Origin: an uncultured Candidatus Saccharibacteria bacterium
GTDB taxonomy: Bacteria > Patescibacteriota > Doudnabacteria > UBA920
Direction of reading: 5' to 3'
NCBI GenBank assembly: GCA_964505635.1
Contig: CAZDIP010000001.1
Span: forward strand, 116,386-180,385
Length of the DNA stretch: 64,000 bases
The notes beneath the pieces were generated by a model. It searched no databases. It had not been told where the DNA came from and saw nothing but the letters and a program-made list of their open reading frames with translations. The position numbers were made by a program, and so were the translations under genes. Shown in pieces: positions 59,066 to 64,000 of the stretch (position 1 is its first letter; each line of letters opens with the position of its first letter).

Positions 59066-60676
59066 ATGATTAATAAGCTCCGTGTTTGGGAGGCAAAATT
59101 TTCATTATCCAAAGCCGCTTTCATAGTTGGCTTTTTTGCGCTAACTTCAAGGTTTACCGGCCTAATTCGCGACCGTATGCTGGCCGGACGCTTTGGGGCA
59201 GGCGACACCTTAGACAGTTATTATGCCGCCTTCAGGTTGCCTGATTTTATTTTTAACTTGCTAATTTTGGGCACTCTTTCAGCCGCATTTGTGCCGGTAT
59301 TTACCGAGTGGCTTTATAAAGATAAAAAACATGCAAATAAAATCGCCAACACGGTTTTGAACTTTTCTTTTTTAAGCATGTCGGTTATTTGCGTTATTTT
59401 ATTTTTTAACGTGGAATGGCTGACCAAATTAATGGTCCCGGGTTTCAGCGGACAAAAATTCGCAGACACCGTTAACCTAACCCGCATTTTTTTACTTTCT
59501 CCCGTAATATTTACTTTGTCTAATTTTTTTTCCAGCTTGCTTAATGCCAACAAGCGCTTTTTAGTTTCCAGCTTTGCTCCTATTTTATATAACGGCGGCA
59601 TTATAGTTGGCATTCTTTTTTTGTATCCGCGCTATGGGCTTTTTGGCTTGGGCCTTGGGGTGATTCTAGGCGCCCTTTTACACCTTACCGCCCAAATCCT
59701 AGAAAGCCTTTCAACCGGATATTTTTGGCAACCCAATTTTGACACCGCCGATCCGGCAGTAAAAAAAATTGGCGCACTTTTCTTCCCGCGAATTTTTGGA
59801 ATAGATACATCGCAGCTCAGCCTATTAATTGGCTCAATAGTCGGATCTTATTTAAGTTCCGGTTCAATTGCGATTTTAAATTTGGCCAACAATCTTCAGG
59901 CAGTCCCTACTGGCATTTTCGGGGTATCTACGGCTTTGGCCAGCTTTCCCGTGCTTTCTGAAGATTACGCGAAAAAGGATACTATTGGTTTTGCAGAGAA
60001 TTTTTACCAAAGTTTGATGCAAATTCTATATTTTGTTTTGCCGATTTCAATTCTAATTTTTGTCTTTCGAGCCCATATTGTCCGAGTGGTTTATGGAAGC
60101 GGCGAATTTAATTGGGAAGATACTATTTTAACCTTTCAAACCCTGGGTGTTTTTGCATTTGGCCTGTTTAGCCAGGCAGCCATGCCGCTTTTATCACGAA
60201 CTTTTTATGCCCGCCAAAATACGAAAATTCCCGTAGTCGTAGGAGTGGCGTGCATGGCTTTAAACATTTTTCTTTCTTGGTTACTCGCCCCGTCTTTGGG
60301 AGTAGTGGGAATTGCGGCGGCTTTTTCCAGCGTCAGCATAATTAATGCTCTAATTTTATTTTTCATCCTAAGACATAAGCTCATTAAAAATTTTAACGTT
60401 GAAAAGCTGGGATGGAATTTCGACTCCCGATTATCGGGCTTCATTATTAAACTTATCTTATCTAGTATGGCCGCAGGCTCAACTGGCTACTTGATGTTAA
60501 ACTTGATTGAACCGATTTTAAATACTAAGACAGGTTTTGGAATTTTAATGCAAACAGGGGTTTCAGCAGCTGTCGCAACCTTAATTTTTGGTATTATTAG
60601 CCATTACTTACAAATTGAGCATACTAAAAAAACTATAAATTTCATTTTTAAATACTTAAAAATCTGGTCTTTATAA
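59066..60676 (+). CDS. murJ: Lipid II flippase MurJ (MviN)
   Basis: SRFTGLIRD, AFRLPD, AFVPVF, FYA..NTKIP. Confidence 0.93.
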   Translation: MINKLRVWEAKFSLSKAAFIVGFFALTSRFTGLIRDRMLAGRFGAGDTLDSYYAAFRLPDFIFNLLILGTLSAAFVPVFTEWLYKDKKHANKIANTVLNFSFLSMSVICVILFFNVEWLTKLMVPGFSGQKFADTVNLTRIFLLSPVIFTLSNFFSSLLNANKRFLVSSFAPILYNGGIIVGILFLYPRYGLFGLGLGVILGALLHLTAQILESLSTGYFWQPNFDTADPAVKKIGALFFPRIFGIDTSQLSLLIGSIVGSYLSSGSIAILNLANNLQAVPTGIFGVSTALASFPVLSEDYAKKDTIGFAENFYQSLMQILYFVLPISILIFVFRAHIVRVVYGSGEFNWEDTILTFQTLGVFAFGLFSQAAMPLLSRTFYARQNTKIPVVVGVACMALNIFLSWLLAPSLGVVGIAAAFSSVSIINALILFFILRHKLIKNFNVEKLGWNFDSRLSGFIIKLILSSMAAGSTGYLMLNLIEPILNTKTGFGILMQTGVSAAVATLIFGIISHYLQIEHTKKTINFIFKYLKIWSL

Positions 60677-60704
60677 GTTGACGTTTAACTGCTAAACTAA
60701 ACAA

Positions 60705-62501
60705 ATGACGCAGCAAAAAATTAGAAATTTTTGCATAATTGCCCATATTGACCACGGAAAAAGCACCTTGGCCGACAGGCTTTTGGAAATTACGCATACC
60801 GTACAAAAACGGCAGATGAAAGAACAGCTCCTAGACCAAATGGATTTGGAACGAGAGCGGGGAATTACCATAAAACTACAGCCGGTTAGAATGAACTATG
60901 TCTTGGACGACAACAGCGAATACATTCTAAACCTTATAGATACGCCGGGGCACGTTGATTTTACCTACGAGGTTTCGCGTTCGCTGGCCTGCTGTGAAGG
61001 CGCCATTTTGGTTGTTGACTCTACCCAGGGTATTGAAGCTCAAACATTGGCTAATGTATATCTGGCGCTTGAACACGACCTAACCATAATCCCGGTGGTA
61101 AATAAGATTGATTTGCCAAATTCGGACCGGCAAAAAACCGCGGAAGAACTAAAAAGCGCTTTCGGTTTTACGGACGAAGAAATTTTATATGCCAGCGGCA
61201 AAACCGGCGAAGGCGTTGAAGAAATAATAAAAGAAGTTATAAAACGGGTGCCGCCGCCAAAAGGCGACCCTGCCAAGCCGGTCACTGCTTTAATCTTTGA
61301 TTCAATTTATGACATCCATCGCGGGGTGGTGGCTTATGTAAGAGTTTTTGACGGTGAAATTTTTCCGCGTGAAAAAATTTATATGTTAGCCAGCCAGGCT
61401 CAGGGTGAAAGTTTAGAAGTGGGTTACTTTAAACCAAAAATGGAAAAATCGGCTGAAATTTTAACCGGCGAGGTGGGTTATATTGTTACGGGCTTAAGAG
61501 ATGTAAGCAAAGCCAGGGTAGGAGACACTATAACGCTTTTTGAAGGAAGGCAAACAGCAGCCGCCTTGCCGGGATATAAACAAATTAAACCCATGGTTTA
61601 CGCTACTATTTTTCCGGTTTCCGGCGATGACTACCCTGTCTTGCGCGATGCCATGGACAAGCTAAAGCTGAGCGACGCGGCATTGGAGTACGAACCCATA
61701 AACATCCCCAGCATCGGTTTTGGGTTTAGAACCGGCTTTTTGGGACTTTTGCATATGGACATAGTCCAGGAACGCTTAAGCCGGGAATATAATTTAGATC
61801 TGGTTTTAACCGCCCCTTCCGTAGCTTATCGCGTGGTAAAAACCGACAATACTGAAATGGTAATCCATAACCCGGCTGAACTGCCCGACCCGAGCGTAAT
61901 AAAAGAAATGTATGAACCCTGGATGCTGGTGAATATTTTAACGCCCACGGACTACATAGGTTCCATAATGGAAATAGCCACGCAAAGAAGAGCTATAAGC
62001 AAAGATATAAAATATATTTCCAAAGACAGGGTAGATATGTCTTTTGAGATGCCTTTGGCCAATATAATTTTAGATTTTTACGACAAGCTAAAATCTGTAT
62101 CTTCGGGCTACGCCAGCTTAAACTATGACTTCATACAAGAGCGCGTAGGGGATTTGGCCAAGGTGGATATTTTAGTGGCCGGAGAAAAAGTAGACGCCCT
62201 CTCCGCCATAATGCACCGCTCTTTTGCGGCAGAAGAAGGCAAAGAACTGGTGGCCAAACTTAAAGAATTAATCCCAAGACACCAGTTTGAAATCGCGCTT
62301 CAGGCAGCCATAGGAGGAAAAGTTATTGCCCGCGAAACCATTTCTGCCTTGCGCAAAGACGTGACCGGGTATTTGTATGGCGGTGACGTAACTAGAAAAA
62401 TGAAACTTTTAAATAAACAAAAAAAGGGTAAAAAAAGGATGAAAAAGATTGGGAAGGTAGATATTCCCCAAGAAGCCTTTTTGGCAGTGTTAAAAAAATA
62501 A
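60705..62501 (+). CDS. lepA: Elongation factor 4
   Basis: AHIDHGKSTLADR, DTPGH, GFLGLLH, YGGDVTRK. Confidence 0.98.
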   Translation: MTQQKIRNFCIIAHIDHGKSTLADRLLEITHTVQKRQMKEQLLDQMDLERERGITIKLQPVRMNYVLDDNSEYILNLIDTPGHVDFTYEVSRSLACCEGAILVVDSTQGIEAQTLANVYLALEHDLTIIPVVNKIDLPNSDRQKTAEELKSAFGFTDEEILYASGKTGEGVEEIIKEVIKRVPPPKGDPAKPVTALIFDSIYDIHRGVVAYVRVFDGEIFPREKIYMLASQAQGESLEVGYFKPKMEKSAEILTGEVGYIVTGLRDVSKARVGDTITLFEGRQTAAALPGYKQIKPMVYATIFPVSGDDYPVLRDAMDKLKLSDAALEYEPINIPSIGFGFRTGFLGLLHMDIVQERLSREYNLDLVLTAPSVAYRVVKTDNTEMVIHNPAELPDPSVIKEMYEPWMLVNILTPTDYIGSIMEIATQRRAISKDIKYISKDRVDMSFEMPLANIILDFYDKLKSVSSGYASLNYDFIQERVGDLAKVDILVAGEKVDALSAIMHRSFAAEEGKELVAKLKELIPRHQFEIALQAAIGGKVIARETISALRKDVTGYLYGGDVTRKMKLLNKQKKGKKRMKKIGKVDIPQEAFLAVLKK

Positions 62502-62548
62502 CGTCAGCCGTGTAACTTTAAATAAAAGTAATTATATAGAAGCTTTTC

Positions 62549-62584
62549 TAAAAAAATCACGGCCACCGAAAACTCAGTGGCCGC
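62549..62584 (-). terminator. Terminator of the minus-strand orphan gene
   Basis: Minus strand GCGGCCACTGA-gttt-TCGGTGGCCGT followed by GA and a T-run. Confidence 0.7.
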
Positions 62585-62608
62585 AATGTCGCATACCTGG
62601 GCAGTGTG

Positions 62609-62896
62609 CTAGCTCACAAAATCCCGAGCGAAGATCGCCTGATGCTTAGGTGTCTGCAAATCCTCGCTGAACAACTTGAACTGATCTTCTCCCAACAGGC
62701 GAAGCACTTCGCCGGAGGTTATTTTTGTGGTTTTTACGAGCCCTTCAAGGTCTTCTTTGGGGTCACAATCTCCCGACCCCGATAGAGCCAGGCTGTCCAC
62801 CTGCGCGAGTACCTCGCACATTGGGATCATGGGGTCGTCCCCATAGAGTTCGGGGTGATCTTTAAAAAACTGACTCAGATTTTCCAGGTAAACCAT
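62609..62896 (-). CDS. Small acidic hypothetical protein (~95 aa)
   Basis: AGGAG upstream of ATG 62896; TTGCCA-N17-TAATCT promoter; own terminator. Confidence 0.6.
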   Translation of the reverse strand: MVYLENLSQFFKDHPELYGDDPMIPMCEVLAQVDSLALSGSGDCDPKEDLEGLVKTTKITSGEVLRLLGEDQFKLFSEDLQTPKHQAIFARDFVS

Positions 62897-63108
62897 GCAT
62901 GCCCTCTCCTTTTTTTTGACTGAAAACAAGTTAGATTAGCATAACACCAGTTATTTGGCAATATTTAAAATTTTAAATTTCCCTGTTTTTAAAGGCTCAC
63001 TACGTGTGAGCCTTTAAAATTAACTATATTTAAGCCATATTATTTTCTATGACCCTAAAACATTTTTTGAGTCTATATCTTTACACAATATATTTATAGC
63101 AAGGAGCA

Positions 63109-63137
63109 TGTCATTGCGAGCCATAGCGAAGCAATCC
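63109..63137 (+). repeat. Single REP/RPE-like element half
   Basis: TGTCATTGCGAGccatAGCGAAGCAATCC resembles the widespread GTCATTGCGAG...GAAGCAATCC repeat family. Confidence 0.5.
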
Positions 63138-63272
63138 AATTAATCTAAGTTCTGCGAGCATCCAATTTTTTGCTATAATCAAAGCACAAATTTTATTACA
63201 TAAAAAAACCGAAATTATGCACCTATAAACTTATTTCAAAAGCAACATTAATAATCAACTAATATAAACTAA

Positions 63273-63884
63273 ATGGATTACAAACCAATTCTGGCAACAG
63301 TTGCAATTATCATAGGCTTCTTTTCTTACTTTATATACTTTAAAGGAATCTTTTATGGGCAAACCAAGCCTCATGTTTTTAGCTGGCTGGTTTGGGGCAT
63401 AATAAATTCAACCGCGTTTTTTGCTCAACTCGTAAAGGGGGCGGGCGCCGGAGCCTGGATTACGGCAGCCAACGCGTCTTTGTGCCTCGCCGTGGCCTGC
63501 GTGGCTTTGTTCAAGGGAGAAAAAAATATAACTTTTACCGACAAAGTTGCATTTTTTGCAGCTCTTGCCGGGATACTGGCTTGGGCATTGACCAAAAACC
63601 CTCTGACTGCCGTTGTTATTGCCTGCGTTGTGGACATTTTTGCCATATACCCAACTTTCCGAAAATCTTACTTTAAACCCTTTGAAGAAAACGCTCTATC
63701 CTTCAGTATTGACCTTATAAGATTTTTCCTGCAGCTTTTTGCTTTTGAAAGCTTTAATTTAACAACAGCCTTGTTTCCCATAACTATTTTGGTTAATGAC
63801 ACTTCACTGGTAACTATGATTCTAATAAGGCGGGCTATTTTAAAAAATAAAAATTTTAAAAATAAACAAGAGCCCGCGACATAA
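63273..63884 (+). CDS. Multi-pass membrane protein (PQ-loop/SWEET-like repeat organisation)
   Basis: About 7 TM helices; TKPHVFSWLVW and PTFRKSY.KP.EE repeat motifs. Confidence 0.65.
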   Translation: MDYKPILATVAIIIGFFSYFIYFKGIFYGQTKPHVFSWLVWGIINSTAFFAQLVKGAGAGAWITAANASLCLAVACVALFKGEKNITFTDKVAFFAALAGILAWALTKNPLTAVVIACVVDIFAIYPTFRKSYFKPFEENALSFSIDLIRFFLQLFAFESFNLTTALFPITILVNDTSLVTMILIRRAILKNKNFKNKQEPAT

Positions 63885-63896
63885 GTAGCGGGCTCA
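63870..63896. terminator. Hairpin between convergent genes
   Basis: GAGCCCGC...GCGGGCTC. Confidence 0.55.
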
Positions 63897-63922
63897 GCGG
63901 AAACTGACAACCTAAAGTGGGC

Positions 63923-64000
63923 TTAGTAGCCGTCTCCCGGTATTTTGTAACCCCTACTTATTTTTGCAAGAGTTAAAAGGTTGCGGGTGCAGCTTTCTAG
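63923..64000 (-). CDS. 3' end of an ORF running off the window
   Basis: ...LESCTRNLLTLAKISRGYKIPGDGY* is open to the window edge. Confidence 0.35.
   Translation of the reverse strand, partial: LESCTRNLLTLAKISRGYKIPGDGY

Noticed and set aside
1-64000. Alternative genetic code (UGA=Gly as in Gracilibacteria/Absconditabacteria)
   Set aside because: Conserved genes are full length under code 11, and several (wzx, alaS, murB, raiA, murD) end properly at TGA.

Overview
AT-rich, gene-dense bacterial chromosome segment with standard code 11. It looks like Patescibacteria/CPR (Parcubacteria-like); this is an inference from gene content, the compact AlaRS, SD-poor starts and CPR-typical hypothetical proteins. 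In order, it holds a secreted SLT-like transglycosylase, a Wzx/Wzy glycan locus, ctpA-alaS-pgi, the infA-rpmJ-rpsM-rpsK-rpsD-rpoA-rplQ-rplM-rpsI cluster and an RNase P RNA on the minus strand. These are followed by a second glycan locus running into murG/murC/murB, raiA, secA with a nucleotide-hydrolase string, secDF, a sigma4/HARE-HTH + coupling-ATPase trio, trxA, a dcw-like cluster (mraY, murD, ftsW, murJ) and lepA. No tRNA, rRNA, CRISPR array, integrase or transposase was seen. The most interesting signal is at 32890-33990. There a promoter drives a leaderless 28-codon peptide containing W-P-W, with mutually exclusive anti-antiterminator/antiterminator/terminator pairings (a ribosome-mediated attenuator), upstream of a GC-richer uncharacterised 269-aa gene with a possible class-I aaRS/CDPS-like Rossmann topology. 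Also notable are an unannotated leaderless 46-aa ORF with its own promoter and terminator, 7-nt-period repeats inside glycosyltransferase ORFs and around rpsD, and a D-aminoacylase-like gene inside the peptidoglycan operon.
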